Below, piece after piece: positions 63,871 through 64,000 of a stretch of 64,000 nt of DNA (within the stretch, counting starts at the first letter, position 1; every line of letters starts with the position of its first letter). The DNA lies in NCBI RefSeq assembly GCF_036321535.1, contig NC_087436.1, positions 54,996,001 through 55,060,000 on the forward strand, written 5' to 3'. The notes beneath the pieces are model-generated. The model did no database searches. It was not told the DNA's origin and saw only the letters and a list, made by a program, of their open reading frames with translations. A program made the position numbers and the translations under genes. Source of the stretch: Camelus dromedarius (lineage: Eukaryota).

Positions 63871-64000
63871 ATAAGACATTTAAATTATTTTCAACTCCCT
63901 GCTGTCAGAAAACCAGAACAAAAACAACAAAATGCTTACATTGTATTTGTGTACTAGTTTCTTCGGTGTGTAAAACTAGGAGTTAATTTCTTGGTCATAG

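Overview
AT-rich, CpG-depleted mammalian genomic DNA, most likely camelid: it holds a tRNA-Ala(AGC)-derived SINE of the Vic-1 type and a young L1 3' end, and I saw no Alu, Bov-tA or Can-SINE. I cannot identify any protein-coding gene, RNA gene or CpG island. The only ORFs with recognisable homology are decayed LINE-1 ORF2 pieces; the rest of the ORF track looks like noise. Much of the window is recognisable interspersed repeat (L1, L2, MIR, MaLR/ERVL LTRs, hAT MITEs), often nested. Most L1 sequence is on the minus strand, which suggests but does not prove an intron of a plus-strand gene. The best second-look items are a short retroposed insert that looks like an L1 3' transduction with its own poly(A) signal and target-site duplication (TSD); two copies of an identically spaced palindrome TGTCAC-N12-GTGACA, one inside a pre-miRNA-sized hairpin; a few CpG-retaining candidate regulatory patches; several short tandem duplications; and some unverified exon candidates. 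I found no solid evidence for a new biological system. Repeat names come from my recall of consensus sequences, not a database search, and boundaries are approximate unless a TSD is given.
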